A stretch of 64,000 nt of DNA from Planctomyces sp. (GCA_005778225.1 SXPC01000069.1:3806-67805), one strand, 5' to 3'. Shown: positions 39,793-49,227, numbered from the stretch's first letter. Numbers and translations: made by a program. Notes: generated by a model not told the origin, from the letters alone.

Positions 39793-40309
39793 CGTCCGTC
39801 CCCAGGTACGCCGGATAGGTGACCGGTGAGACGTCGTAAACGGACACGTCGAGCAGCTCCCGCGTGACGACGTCGGTCCCGCGAACGATTCGTTCGCTTT
39901 CTTCGCTTCTGAGCTCGAAGCCAAAAGACGAGCCCGAGATGTCCCCGCGTTCGATCGAAATAAACGTGTTGTTTCCCCAGGTCGTTTCAGCGAGCCAGCA
40001 ACGATACCCCAGGCCGATCGAGTCGACCCACAGTTCCAACGTCTTCGAGCGATTGCGACCGAGAACCGCGCCTGAGTCGTGGTTGAACAGGCAGCGGATG
40101 TCATCTTCCTTCAAGGCCCGATCAAACGCACCAGGCATGATGCGTTCCCGGAACCCCGGCCACAGCTCGAACTCGGTCCCCTCTGGATCGTTCGGATCGT
40201 AGAAAACGGCCGCGTATCCCTCGACGTATCGCTTGCCGCTATCGGATCGCGTGTCCACCTTCACTCCGGCCCGCGCTTGAACCAGGCCGCGACGTTCGAT
40301 GCCCTTCAT
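39671..40309 (-). CDS. HK97 prohead protease
   Basis: EGYAAVF, ERIMPGAF, LFNHD, SSFGF, DVSPVTYPAY. Confidence 0.93.
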   Translation of the reverse strand: MKGIERRGLVQARAGVKVDTRSDSGKRYVEGYAAVFYDPNDPEGTEFELWPGFRERIMPGAFDRALKEDDIRCLFNHDSGAVLGRNRSKTLELWVDSIGLGYRCWLAETTWGNNTFISIERGDISGSSFGFELRSEESERIVRGTDVVTRELLDVSVYDVSPVTYPAYLGTDVTILKRSLEARAAETLKLKKEIPALLAARRARRMRMLDLA

Positions 40310-40364
40310 GGCTTCCCCCCTGTTTGATACTTCCTGTAATCCGTCAAAATCACCCGTCAGACGC

Positions 40365-42041
40365 TCAAATTTGCCCCTCTGGCGCAACGCGAGAGTTCAC
40401 CAGCTCCACAGCCATGCCGATCACTTCGCCGTCCCAGCGTTGCGACAGGCCAGCCACACAACCTGCCAGGTCGCCGGCCGGATCCGTCGGCAGAGCGGCC
40501 AGACAATCACGTCGCTGACCTTCAATCCATGTCCTCAAGCGTTCGCCGGTCGTGATATCTCCCAGCTTCTCCTGGACGATGCCGGCTTGCTGATCGAAGA
40601 TTTCGGCCACTCTGTCCTCAAACGCTGCCCGGGACAAAGACGATTTCGCCGCTCGCTCCAATGCCCGTACCTGACGTTGGACAAGGCCGCTGATCACTTT
40701 GCCCGTCAACCCGATGAAACCTTTATGCGCCCCGCGCACATTCTCGTCGTCGGATGGGGGCTTTTTGTCATTCGGTGGATCATTCGACGTTTTTGGTGCG
40801 TCGCTTGGTGCGACCTGCTTCCCGAAAATGGCCGCTGGCTTCGCTAGGTCGTCACCTCCTGGAAGTGGTGGCAGATCCTCGAGCGCACGGACTTCGTTCA
40901 AAGTCATGAACCCCGAGAAGATCGCGTTGCGGTGTGCCTGGTACCGCGACGTGATGTCCCCGCGTTCCAGACCGTCAATGTTGTAGCGGACGATGAACTT
41001 GCCGCGCTGACGACCTCGAAACAGCTTGCGGGCCATTTCCTGCTCGTCTCTGATCAGCCACGGCCGCATCGTGTGACGGGCGAAGTACCGGATCATGGCG
41101 TCGAGCGAATTGTTATTCGCATCGTCCATATGTCCGACCATCATCGGCGGACAGTTGAAGACGCACGTCGCGATTTTCTTCCCGTTGAAGACGCGGCTCT
41201 CCAACAGCTGAGCTTCGCCGAGGGGCATGGTGAAGTTTTTCAGATCGGAACCGCCTTCCAGGAGAAGCACTTTCCAGGCGTTCTCACCGTTGACCTGGTC
41301 CTCGATGTCGCCCTTTAATCGGTTGTAAGCGATGTCGCCCATTTCCTCCGGTACTGTGATCGCGATTGACGGCCGGGCTCCACTGTCGAAGAACTTCTTG
41401 ACGAAGCGTTCTTCGACTTTGCCCAGGCGAATGAGATCCCCCATGTAGCAGCGGATCGGAGAAACCCCGACGAGCCCGTTCGTCGTGAAGCCAGGGACGT
41501 GCAACATCTCATGTGAACCGTAGTGGGGTTTCACCTGGTTCGACGCGCGGTAATAGAGCAGATCGTCTTTGCCCTTCAGTGGCGTGATCGTCGACGGGTG
41601 CATCGGCGTTAATCTGGTGACTTCCTGACTCACCAGGTCCCAATCAATTCCGGTGTAGGAATTGCCCCATAAAGCGACGTGAGCTTGCCGCGCTTCCTGG
41701 AAGGCCATCGGGATCATGTCTGGGTGTGGTTCGAACGCAAGCAGATGTTTTACGGGATGCGATTCGACGTTGACCCACTTGCCAGCTTTCTTTTGCAGCA
41801 CATCGACGGGTAGCGATCCTTTCGTTTCGCTCATCACCTTCACGCAGGCATAGCAATCGGCCAGCTTCAGGGCCAGTTCCTCGTCGACCAGCTCCGGGAC
41901 CAAGGACTTACCCGCCGATTGGCGTGAGTGGTAATGACGCATGACCGTTTGCGCGAAGGTTTCCCCCGCGGCCCGCGACTCCAGGAAGCCACCGACGCGC
42001 CGCAGCTGGCGGCCGGCATAAGATTGAATCGTGCGAATCAT
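40365..42041 (-). CDS. HK97 family portal protein
   Basis: LWGNSY, GVSPI, FNCPP, MTLNEVRALEDLPP..GGD. Confidence 0.93.
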   Translation of the reverse strand: MIRTIQSYAGRQLRRVGGFLESRAAGETFAQTVMRHYHSRQSAGKSLVPELVDEELALKLADCYACVKVMSETKGSLPVDVLQKKAGKWVNVESHPVKHLLAFEPHPDMIPMAFQEARQAHVALWGNSYTGIDWDLVSQEVTRLTPMHPSTITPLKGKDDLLYYRASNQVKPHYGSHEMLHVPGFTTNGLVGVSPIRCYMGDLIRLGKVEERFVKKFFDSGARPSIAITVPEEMGDIAYNRLKGDIEDQVNGENAWKVLLLEGGSDLKNFTMPLGEAQLLESRVFNGKKIATCVFNCPPMMVGHMDDANNNSLDAMIRYFARHTMRPWLIRDEQEMARKLFRGRQRGKFIVRYNIDGLERGDITSRYQAHRNAIFSGFMTLNEVRALEDLPPLPGGDDLAKPAAIFGKQVAPSDAPKTSNDPPNDKKPPSDDENVRGAHKGFIGLTGKVISGLVQRQVRALERAAKSSLSRAAFEDRVAEIFDQQAGIVQEKLGDITTGERLRTWIEGQRRDCLAALPTDPAGDLAGCVAGLSQRWDGEVIGMAVELVNSRVAPEGQI

Positions 42042-43756
42042 AGCTCGAACTTCCTTAGTCCGCGTTTCAGGTACGGATTGAAAGTCACATCCGTCATATG
42101 AAGGAACTCCGAATACCCCATGAGCGTGGCGACGGCGCCGTCGATCTTGTCTTCACTGTGTTCTTTGTCTGGCATGACCAGTCCGGCCGCGTCCGTCTTC
42201 ACGACCAGGTTGTCGAAGAACCAGCCGAGCATTTCGTTGTCGCCGTGCAGTATTCGCCCGTTGCTCAAGCCGTCGGTAAAGCGTTTGATAGGAGCGTTAT
42301 ATTTCGCGACCGACTGCTGGAACCCATAGAACTTGATTTTCAAGTACTTCTGCACGTACATCCCGACTGCCTGCGCGTTGTTCTTGTCGCAGGCGATCGA
42401 GCGGACGTCGTATAGCTCTTTGCAGACGCGAAGCTGTTCGTAGAGGAAATCCGGATCGAATGACTTTCCTGGAATGACTTGCAGCCAGCCCTGTTTTATG
42501 AAAGTCCGGAATGGTTCCTGTTTAAGATTACGAGGGCCTTTCTCTGGCACCCATGCCCAGCATTTTACCGCGTACCTACGGTTCGGATCGTCTTCGGCTC
42601 CCAAGCCAAAAACTAAGGCAAGCGCAGCCAGGTCGTTATTCCAACCGAGATCAAGGCCAGCGGTACATTGCATCCCAATCAGCGACGGCAGCTTGCCGCT
42701 TCCGCATTTCCACATCTCCTCACTGATGATGCGTGCCTGCGATCGTACGCGGACGTTGCAGTAGTAACGCAGCAGGTTGAGCATTTCCAACGGATCATGT
42801 TCCGCCTTCCGGGCGATCGCCTCGATCGTCCGGATAAAGCAGGAGACCCCCAGGTTCGGCGAGGCCTTGTACCAACATGAGGAATCGAGCGGGTTGTCGT
42901 CAGCGTCGATCTCCGCCATGAAGATGAACCACTCATCATCCTGGACGACGCCACGAATCACCTTATCGCAGTAGGTGTACTGCTCATTCCAGAGCTTCGA
43001 GCGTTCGTTGCCGGCCGTCGTGATGAAGATCAGCAGCGACTGCGGATCTTTCCCCAGACCCGTGCGCAGCTTGTCGAGCAGCTTACGATGCTTCTCTTTC
43101 CATTCGTGCAGCTCGTCGACGACGACGGCGTGATAGCGGCCGCCGTCTTCTCCCGATCCATCCGCCCCAAGGCGGTTGATCATTCCATATTTGCCGATCT
43201 TTATCAGCCTGGTCTGTATGTCGCAGCGGTCGAGTAACTCTTGATGCTGTGCCACGAAGCGAGCGACTTCCGCATAGACGTACTTCGTCTGCTCTCGCTT
43301 GGTCGCAGCGAGGACGATTTCAGGCTCGAGCACGCGAGGCGAATCGAAGAACGCCAGAATCATGAGCAGCAGCGCGGCGAAGGGACTCTTGCCATTTCCC
43401 CGGGCCATCGTGATGAAGGCGAACAGGAACCGACGCATACCGTCGGACTTCCGTTTCCAGCCGAATAGCACCCAGACGATAAACTTCTGGAACGGTTCGA
43501 GCTTGAACGGCTTCCCACCTTTCTTGTCCAGATAGAACAGCGAGGCAAACGAGATCACCCGCGACGCTCGCTTGGCATCAAACCAATACAGGTACGCTTT
43601 CTTCGTGGACTTCTTCAAATCGCCCAGGTGACGAACGACCGCCAACCGGACCTTCTTCGCGACCGAGATCTTCCCGGCGACGACGTCTTCCATCCATTTC
43701 GTGACTTCCGCCTGGTGAGGGTACAGCTCGGCCGTCGGCTTCGTAGCGAATGGCAT
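42038..43756 (-). CDS. terL: Terminase large subunit
   Basis: MARGNGKS, VVVDELHE, ITTAG, GLDLG, KIDGAVA. Confidence 0.95.
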   Translation of the reverse strand: MPFATKPTAELYPHQAEVTKWMEDVVAGKISVAKKVRLAVVRHLGDLKKSTKKAYLYWFDAKRASRVISFASLFYLDKKGGKPFKLEPFQKFIVWVLFGWKRKSDGMRRFLFAFITMARGNGKSPFAALLLMILAFFDSPRVLEPEIVLAATKREQTKYVYAEVARFVAQHQELLDRCDIQTRLIKIGKYGMINRLGADGSGEDGGRYHAVVVDELHEWKEKHRKLLDKLRTGLGKDPQSLLIFITTAGNERSKLWNEQYTYCDKVIRGVVQDDEWFIFMAEIDADDNPLDSSCWYKASPNLGVSCFIRTIEAIARKAEHDPLEMLNLLRYYCNVRVRSQARIISEEMWKCGSGKLPSLIGMQCTAGLDLGWNNDLAALALVFGLGAEDDPNRRYAVKCWAWVPEKGPRNLKQEPFRTFIKQGWLQVIPGKSFDPDFLYEQLRVCKELYDVRSIACDKNNAQAVGMYVQKYLKIKFYGFQQSVAKYNAPIKRFTDGLSNGRILHGDNEMLGWFFDNLVVKTDAAGLVMPDKEHSEDKIDGAVATLMGYSEFLHMTDVTFNPYLKRGLRKFEL

Positions 43757-44241
43757 CAGTCGTCCTCCTCATCGAGCATGCCCCCCATCGTGGACTTCTC
43801 ATCAACCACGAACGAAACGACGGCACCTCGAGCGCGAGGCGTCAGGCCGAACTCTCCGCACCAAGCGAGGACGTCTTTCCACGACTGACGATGCAGCGAA
43901 ACAATCGGATCTTGATACCGGCCGCCCTTTTCCGAGAAGCACGTGTGATTGGGCAAACTCTCCAGTTCATCGGAGTAATACAGCCACCAATGGTAGGCCG
44001 TCATGCCGGCACGCCAGGCGAGCCAATCCCCTTCCGTCAAAGCGCCGGCTTCAATCAACAACTGACCTAGGCGACGGTGTTCGGCGACGACTTCTGAGGA
44101 CCACAGTCGCATGGCCGGGGGAAGTTTCTTCTTCCACTCCTCCGCGACCGGCTTCATATCTTTGGGTTTGAACGTCCCGTCGGCTTTCTTCTGAGCGATC
44201 GTCTTCGGCTTGCGGCCGCTGCGTCCTGCTTTCCCCGCCAT
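43756..44241 (-). CDS. terS: Terminase small subunit (P27 family)
   Basis: GRKPK start; EFGLTPRAR. Confidence 0.85.
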   Translation of the reverse strand: MAGKAGRSGRKPKTIAQKKADGTFKPKDMKPVAEEWKKKLPPAMRLWSSEVVAEHRRLGQLLIEAGALTEGDWLAWRAGMTAYHWWLYYSDELESLPNHTCFSEKGGRYQDPIVSLHRQSWKDVLAWCGEFGLTPRARGAVVSFVVDEKSTMGGMLDEEDD

Positions 44242-44267
44242 CACGCCCCCTCCGTCGTCATCCAATG

Positions 44268-44301
44268 AAAAAGGCCGGTCGTGTCCAGAGACACGCCGGC
44301 C
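44268..44301 (-). terminator. Intrinsic terminator just upstream of terS
   Basis: GGCCGGCGTGTC..GACACGACCGGCC then T5. Confidence 0.55.
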
Positions 44302-44316
44302 AGGTGATCAGCCGGA

Positions 44317-45120
44317 TCACACATCGGTCAGATCGTGATCTTCGCTTTCCGCTTCGGCGCGTCCTTCACCTTGAACTCGTAGCGCGAGCAGCTCGCCATG
44401 CGGAAGTGCTTCTTCTCGTCGCCGGTCTGAGGATCGACGAACGGATCCCACATCTGCACAATGCGACCGTCCGGAAGCGGGAACTCGCCCAGACCCAACT
44501 TGTTGCGGATCGCTTCCGCGATGTCGTCGGCTTCCTGGTAGCACTCCCGGCCGCGTTGCAGGACCGCGTCCCGCTGCTCGACCAGCTCGACCAGGCGTTC
44601 GATCTTGATCGGCTCCGTCGCCGGCGTCGGCGCGGAGACTGGCTGAGGAGCTGGTTCGTCGGTTTGGGCGAGCAGCTGGTCGACCGACGGCACGACTGGT
44701 ACCGCTGACTCCGGTTTGACCTTCGGTTTGCGACCGCGCTTTGGTTTTGCCGGCTTCGAGGCTGGCTCGTTGGATGTGGTTGACATGGTTCGCGTATCCT
44801 TCCGCGTGTTCGCCGGTTGCCCGGCCGAAGCCCCCATCTTCGAGGGCGGTTTTCCGGTTGTGGCACGTTGCGCACAACGGTTGATGATTCGTGGGATCCC
44901 AGAACAGCTTCCGGCATCCCTTATGCGCCTTGATGTGGTCGATGACCGTGGCTTCAACGAGCCATTCGTTTTTCAGGCACTCGCAGCACAGCGCATTTTC
45001 TGGACGCGAGAGGAAGGCCAGACGGTAGCGTTGCCACCGTCTGCCGTACCCCCGCTTGTGGGCGCTCAGCCGTCTCTCGTCGCGCCGCGTGCGGGGAGTT
45101 TCTTTGCTGCTGTCGTTCAT
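44317..45120 (-). CDS. Packaging-associated HNH endonuclease (HK97 gp74-like)
   Basis: RGYGRRW, CCEC, DHI..H, N.QPLCATCHNRKT; the C-terminal ~160 aa look like read-through. Confidence 0.85.
   Translation of the reverse strand: MNDSSKETPRTRRDERRLSAHKRGYGRRWQRYRLAFLSRPENALCCECLKNEWLVEATVIDHIKAHKGCRKLFWDPTNHQPLCATCHNRKTALEDGGFGRATGEHAEGYANHVNHIQRASLEAGKTKARSQTEGQTGVSGTSRAVGRPAARPNRRTSSSASLRADAGDGADQDRTPGRAGRAAGRGPATRPGVLPGSRRHRGSDPQQVGSGRVPASGRSHCADVGSVRRSSDRRREEALPHGELLALRVQGEGRAEAESEDHDLTDV
44328..44786 (-). CDS. Hypothetical protein between HNH and terS
   Basis: AAGGA RBS; basic N-terminus. Confidence 0.6.
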   Translation of the reverse strand: MSTTSNEPASKPAKPKRGRKPKVKPESAVPVVPSVDQLLAQTDEPAPQPVSAPTPATEPIKIERLVELVEQRDAVLQRGRECYQEADDIAEAIRNKLGLGEFPLPDGRIVQMWDPFVDPQTGDEKKHFRMASCSRYEFKVKDAPKRKAKITI

Positions 45121-45131
45121 TTGACATTGGC

Positions 45132-45257
45132 TTATCGCGTTTCGTCATCACACGAACAATGGTTCGTGTCGGTGCGTTTCACCAGCATCCAAAAGATACA
45201 AAGATCGACGGCCAGATAGAGACTTAAAAGCAGTGTCTCGAAGTACTCCAAAGTCAT
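45132..45257 (-). CDS. 41-aa single-TM peptide
   Basis: Hand translation MTLEYFETLLLSLYLAVDLCIFWMLVKRTDTNHCSCDDETR; AAGGTG RBS. Confidence 0.4.
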   Translation of the reverse strand: MTLEYFETLLLSLYLAVDLCIFWMLVKRTDTNHCSCDDETR

Positions 45258-45366
45258 ATGTCACACCTTTCACGAGCGGTTAAACTCCGCCCAACATGCC
45301 AACGGTTTCTATTCCGAGACCAGGAATAACGTCAGGCAGCCACATAGCTGCCGGCGTTTCAAGTGT
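45232..45366 (-). pseudogene. Degenerate duplicate of 45753-45887 (5' part of holin-like gene)
   Basis: Ungapped 135-bp alignment, ~75% identity, in-frame TAA. Confidence 0.7.
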
Positions 45367-45778
45367 TGCTGTGCATCCCGTCATCACTGGCCGCAGATTC
45401 CGCAGATCGAACTTGGTCGGCTGTCATCACGCCGGTTGTCGGATGCTCAACGAATCCGCAACCACATTCACCGGAGTTCTCGTCAAACAGGACGCAATGT
45501 CTTTCTCCGCAACTCATGACCCGGATGGACACCATCCGAGGCGTGCCGTCAGCTGTCTTCAGCGCGTTGCGCTGTGACTGACTGCGAGCGTCCAGGACAT
45601 ACGCCAACTCGGCGATGTTATCGAACCGGTCGATTGCCTTGTCCTTGTGACGGATCAGCCCCAGCGCGTCGTTGTCCAGTTCCCACGCTGCTTTCTCGAT
45701 CGCCCACTTCAGCAGGTCGACCATCATGATCAAACAAATCACCAGCAGCTTTAGCAGCCCGAAACGCACCAAACCCAT
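45359..45778 (-). CDS. N-terminally anchored membrane protein (lysis cassette candidate)
   Basis: Hydrophobic N-terminus; overlaps the upstream ORF in another frame. Confidence 0.45.
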   Translation of the reverse strand: MGLVRFGLLKLLVICLIMMVDLLKWAIEKAAWELDNDALGLIRHKDKAIDRFDNIAELAYVLDARSQSQRNALKTADGTPRMVSIRVMSCGERHCVLFDENSGECGCGFVEHPTTGVMTADQVRSAESAASDDGMHSNT

Positions 45779-45905
45779 ACTTCACCACCTTCACGAGCGG
45801 ACGAACCCCGCCCAACATGCCGACGGCCTCGATACCGAGACCGGAAATAATGCCAGGCAGCAACGTCGCTGCCAGCGTTCCAAGAGTTCCCAGACCGATG
45901 AGCAT
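45618..45905 (-). CDS. Holin-like small membrane protein
   Basis: GGAGG RBS; hydrophobic N-terminus, charged tail. Confidence 0.45.
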   Translation of the reverse strand: MLIGLGTLGTLAATLLPGIISGLGIEAVGMLGGVRPLVKVVKYGFGAFRAAKAAGDLFDHDGRPAEVGDRESSVGTGQRRAGADPSQGQGNRPVR

Positions 45906-47194
45906 TAGGTGACCTCCAAAGGTTTGTCAGGCCAGAAGAGACGTTTGAGAGCCCGCAGGATTTTGAGACGCTCGACGATGATCGCCACGATGCCGTGCTT
46001 CATGACGTCGTCGGGAAGTTCGCCGTCTTCTGGTACCGGCTCTTCGGGTTGCTTCTGCAGAACGGCGAGCATCTTTTCGTAGATGCCTCCGTCGTATCGC
46101 TGCGTATAGATCTCAACGTCTGCGAGTTGGATCTTCTGGATGCCGTCGTTGATGTGCCGTTTCACCAGGCCTTGCATCTGATTGAGAATCATGTTCTTGA
46201 CGAACCCCTGAATCATTTCGGGGATCATCACATGCAATGCGATCGGCTTATAAACCTTGCCCGACGTCCGCCTGATGGCGTCGAACAAATTGGGTCGGTT
46301 GACTTTGCAAACCACCTCCGCGTGGACACGATCGCCGAACACCGACGCGACGAGCTGCTTCAGACACGAATCGGCCGCCTCAGCTGCTGACCGACGGGCG
46401 CTATGGTCCACGTCGGCCAGTTCATCAACTGTGATGACGATCGCGACCCCTGAGAGGTCGTAACCTCTGAGGATCATGCCTTCATGCTCACTGCCGGCAG
46501 CTGCTGCAGGTGTCGGTGTGGCTCCTTGCGACGCGGGCACGGGATCATCCGCCGCCAGTGGCTGCGTGGATCCAAATTCCACCGCCACGTCGGCGTTTGC
46601 AGCTGGCTCGCGTTGATCAAGTGCGTTGCGCGCTACCCACGCGATGAAATTGCCCAGATGCGAGGGATCATATCCGACCCAATAGTGCGGAGTTCCTCGA
46701 ATCCAGATCAGAGGTGATGTGAGCTGATGGGCGGCTTGCGGCCGCGTTTGCTTTGGGCCTGGTCCAGCCTGATACGGTCCAGCGGGGACGGCTTGGAAGA
46801 ACTCCTGATCGATACCCGGCGGCTGCCACTGCATGTTTGTCTGCAGTCCCTTCCAGACGTAAACGACGTCCATCGGGGGAAGGTGACCAGCTCGACGTTG
46901 CTGCTCGAATGCAGCAGCAGCGTTGTCTTGGTGGAACACAACGATTTGCGGTCGGTCCACTGTGCGAGAAAATGCTTGGGGCGCTGGCGTCTTGGCAACA
47001 GCGACCGTCGTCGGTTGGGTGTGTCGGTCCTGTCCCCAGAGGGACGTTAGGCAAATGGCCACCAACGCCACCAAGCATACAACCAGGAAACGAGTTGCTT
47101 TGAACAACTCGCTCCAGTATTCAGATTTCTTAACCGGCAAGTTATGCCGCCAGCGTTCGAGAGTTGTCATCGTGACCGCTTCCTTCGTCGTCAA
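45905..47194 (-). CDS. Membrane-anchored hypothetical protein (429 aa)
   Basis: N-terminal TM segment. Confidence 0.6.
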   Translation of the reverse strand: MTTKEAVTMTTLERWRHNLPVKKSEYWSELFKATRFLVVCLVALVAICLTSLWGQDRHTQPTTVAVAKTPAPQAFSRTVDRPQIVVFHQDNAAAAFEQQRRAGHLPPMDVVYVWKGLQTNMQWQPPGIDQEFFQAVPAGPYQAGPGPKQTRPQAAHQLTSPLIWIRGTPHYWVGYDPSHLGNFIAWVARNALDQREPAANADVAVEFGSTQPLAADDPVPASQGATPTPAAAAGSEHEGMILRGYDLSGVAIVITVDELADVDHSARRSAAEAADSCLKQLVASVFGDRVHAEVVCKVNRPNLFDAIRRTSGKVYKPIALHVMIPEMIQGFVKNMILNQMQGLVKRHINDGIQKIQLADVEIYTQRYDGGIYEKMLAVLQKQPEEPVPEDGELPDDVMKHGIVAIIVERLKILRALKRLFWPDKPLEVT

Positions 47195-47750
47195 AAACGA
47201 TTGTTCCTACTGGCAGGTAGCAGGAGAGATGCGACAGGTCTCCGGGGCTCACCTTATGGCCTTCGGGAAGCCGATCGCGTTCGCGGTCATGGCCTCCATA
47301 TACGACGGCTTCAGTTGCTGCCCAGGAGCAAAAAACCTGACCGTCATCGACACGCGTCGGTAGCCCTAACGCGTCGCACAACGGCCCGTAGAGAAACGAC
47401 CGACCGAACTGACGCGGCGAGGAATAGCTCATTCCGCGTCGTTCCAAGTACCAGCGCACAACCTTCCCACCTTTGACGCCTGATGACGGATCGAGGCGAA
47501 ACAGATCGATCTCGCAGTTCTCGCGATAATTCGTGAGCGGCATTTGCTCAACGCCGCGGCCCTCCATGGAATGCAGAATGTCGACGAACAGCTCGTCGTC
47601 GACCTGGTGTGGGTAAGCGACCCCGACGTGGGAATACGGCGAGGCCGTCCAGTGTTGAATGATGCGGGAGTACCACAGCGTCCCACGAAACAGCAGCAAA
47701 TCGCCCGGCCCGATCGTCTCCCGCACCTCCGACCACTTCACCTGCCGCAT
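47142..47750 (-). CDS. Permuted papain-like NlpC/P60 amidase (YaeF/YiiX-like)
   Basis: PGDLLLF, YSHVG, FCSW (His before Cys). Confidence 0.8.
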   Translation of the reverse strand: MRQVKWSEVRETIGPGDLLLFRGTLWYSRIIQHWTASPYSHVGVAYPHQVDDELFVDILHSMEGRGVEQMPLTNYRENCEIDLFRLDPSSGVKGGKVVRWYLERRGMSYSSPRQFGRSFLYGPLCDALGLPTRVDDGQVFCSWAATEAVVYGGHDRERDRLPEGHKVSPGDLSHLSCYLPVGTIVFDDEGSGHDDNSRTLAA

Positions 47751-47825
47751 CGTGCGCCCCCGTTTTCGGTTTGACGCAGCGATCGAGATTCTGTTACACC
47801 TCTGCCCCCTTACGAGAGACAGACG

Positions 47826-47862
47826 AAAAAGTCCGGATTCCCAATCCATCGGGAATCCGGAC
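47826..47862 (-). terminator. Leader terminator of late operon
   Basis: 12-bp perfect stem GTCCGGATTCCC/GGGAATCCGGAC then T5. Confidence 0.65.
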
Positions 47863-47944
47863 CGTCAAGGCAGCTGCGTCAAACTATGTCCGGCGGTTGC
47901 CCTCGAAGTCGCTAAAGATGGCGACGAATCGAATCTGAGGGACA

Positions 47945-48484
47945 TTGATGTCCGTAACCAACTCTGCAGGCGAACGTGTCGACGTTCGCGACCGCTCACC
48001 TGATGCCTATGCCCTTCTCCTCGAAACCGATCATCTGAAATCCCATCACAGAAGGTGGCGAAAAAAAGCCAGGGACGTACTCAGCGAAGCCGGCTGGAGC
48101 AAAAGCGAACTGGCAGTCGCCATTCCGGCCGGTGACTCCGGACGGCCTCGTAAGAATCTTAGCGTCCGCCACGCACTCAACCAAGATGCCTGGTCTCGGC
48201 TCCGACGGGATTTTGCCAAGTCGGACCCGTTCAAAAACAAGCTCGTCGCTATGGGATACCTCTCGATTGTCTGCGAATGGCAGCAGGTCGAGATCGCTTT
48301 AGCATTCGGACACCACAAGTTTCACACGTGCCGATTGATGGGACGATGCCACGAGATCTTCGCGAAGTTCCTGAGCCGGCCACGTCCGCAGATGATCGAG
48401 CTGCCAGGCGTCGAGTACTCTAAACTCGCGGCCCCGATTCAAATCCGACGAAACAAACGTGACAGCTTCTCTCTGGCGGCATAG
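47945..48484 (+). CDS. Putative late-gene regulator with C-terminal sigma70-r4-like HTH
   Basis: WQQVEIALAFGHHKFHTCRLM; divergent from late operon. Confidence 0.5.
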   Translation: MMSVTNSAGERVDVRDRSPDAYALLLETDHLKSHHRRWRKKARDVLSEAGWSKSELAVAIPAGDSGRPRKNLSVRHALNQDAWSRLRRDFAKSDPFKNKLVAMGYLSIVCEWQQVEIALAFGHHKFHTCRLMGRCHEIFAKFLSRPRPQMIELPGVEYSKLAAPIQIRRNKRDSFSLAA

Positions 48485-48523
48485 ATTCGTTCCCAAACCT
48501 CATCTCATAAGCGGGCCAACCTT

Positions 48524-48775
48524 ATGCAATCTGCACCGACTCTCACCGCTCCCACTCCGTTACCAGTTCCGAAACTGACGGCATTTCAAAAACACGTTCT
48601 CAACGTCGTCCGGGCTCTGGGCCCCATGAGCTGCGCCGACGTCGCGAAGAAATGCCATCCCCATCGGAAGCATGTCATGAAGGCGCTGTATCGGTTGCGA
48701 AAATGCGACCTGGTCTATCGCGGCGGCCAGGGGTATAGCGCGGCAGCCGCTGACGACCTGCCAGCGGCCGCGTGA
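48524..48775 (+). CDS. Winged-helix DNA-binding protein
   Basis: LTAFQKHVL..GPMSCADVAK..VMKALYRL..LV. Confidence 0.65.
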   Translation: MQSAPTLTAPTPLPVPKLTAFQKHVLNVVRALGPMSCADVAKKCHPHRKHVMKALYRLRKCDLVYRGGQGYSAAAADDLPAAA

Positions 48776-48776
48776 G

Positions 48777-49217
48777 TCATTCGATGATATCGCCGGACGC
48801 ATAAGCGACGACGTCCTTCAGCCATGCTCGGAGCTCTTTGATATCGTCGTCGTCAATGTCCTCAGCGTTGGCGAGTTCGTGGTAGAGGTGTTTGACCTGG
48901 TCGAGTAACCAATCACTATTCTCTCGCAGACGAGCGTCTCGTTTCCACTTTTCATGTTTGGTTCTCTCGATCGCCTGATACTCATCCTGCTTTTCCGGCG
49001 TCCAGATGTAGGTCGGTCCGATGCTGCAGTTCCCGGTCGACCGAGCCCAATGAAACATACGTTCGACCTCAAACTGAACGACGTCGCCGGTCACAAGAAT
49101 GTCGACGCCTTCATGCTCGAAACGAACGACGGACCGCCTTGCTTTCGCGTGCATGATCGCCATCCGGACAGCACAATTGAGCGTCTGACGTTTGGGATTG
49201 AATTCTATGATGGCCAT
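48777..49217 (-). CDS. Hypothetical protein
   Basis: GAGGAG RBS; last gene of early operon. Confidence 0.6.
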   Translation of the reverse strand: MAIIEFNPKRQTLNCAVRMAIMHAKARRSVVRFEHEGVDILVTGDVVQFEVERMFHWARSTGNCSIGPTYIWTPEKQDEYQAIERTKHEKWKRDARLRENSDWLLDQVKHLYHELANAEDIDDDDIKELRAWLKDVVAYASGDIIE

Positions 49218-49227
49218 CCGTCGCTCC

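Noticed and set aside
45359-45778. o-spanin lipoprotein
   Set aside because: LVIC does not fit the lipobox (needs G/A/S before Cys)
45232-45887. Diversity-generating retroelement TR/VR pair
   Set aside because: Only about half of the mismatches involve A in one copy, many are C/T or G/T, and there is no reverse transcriptase in the window; this fits pseudogene drift
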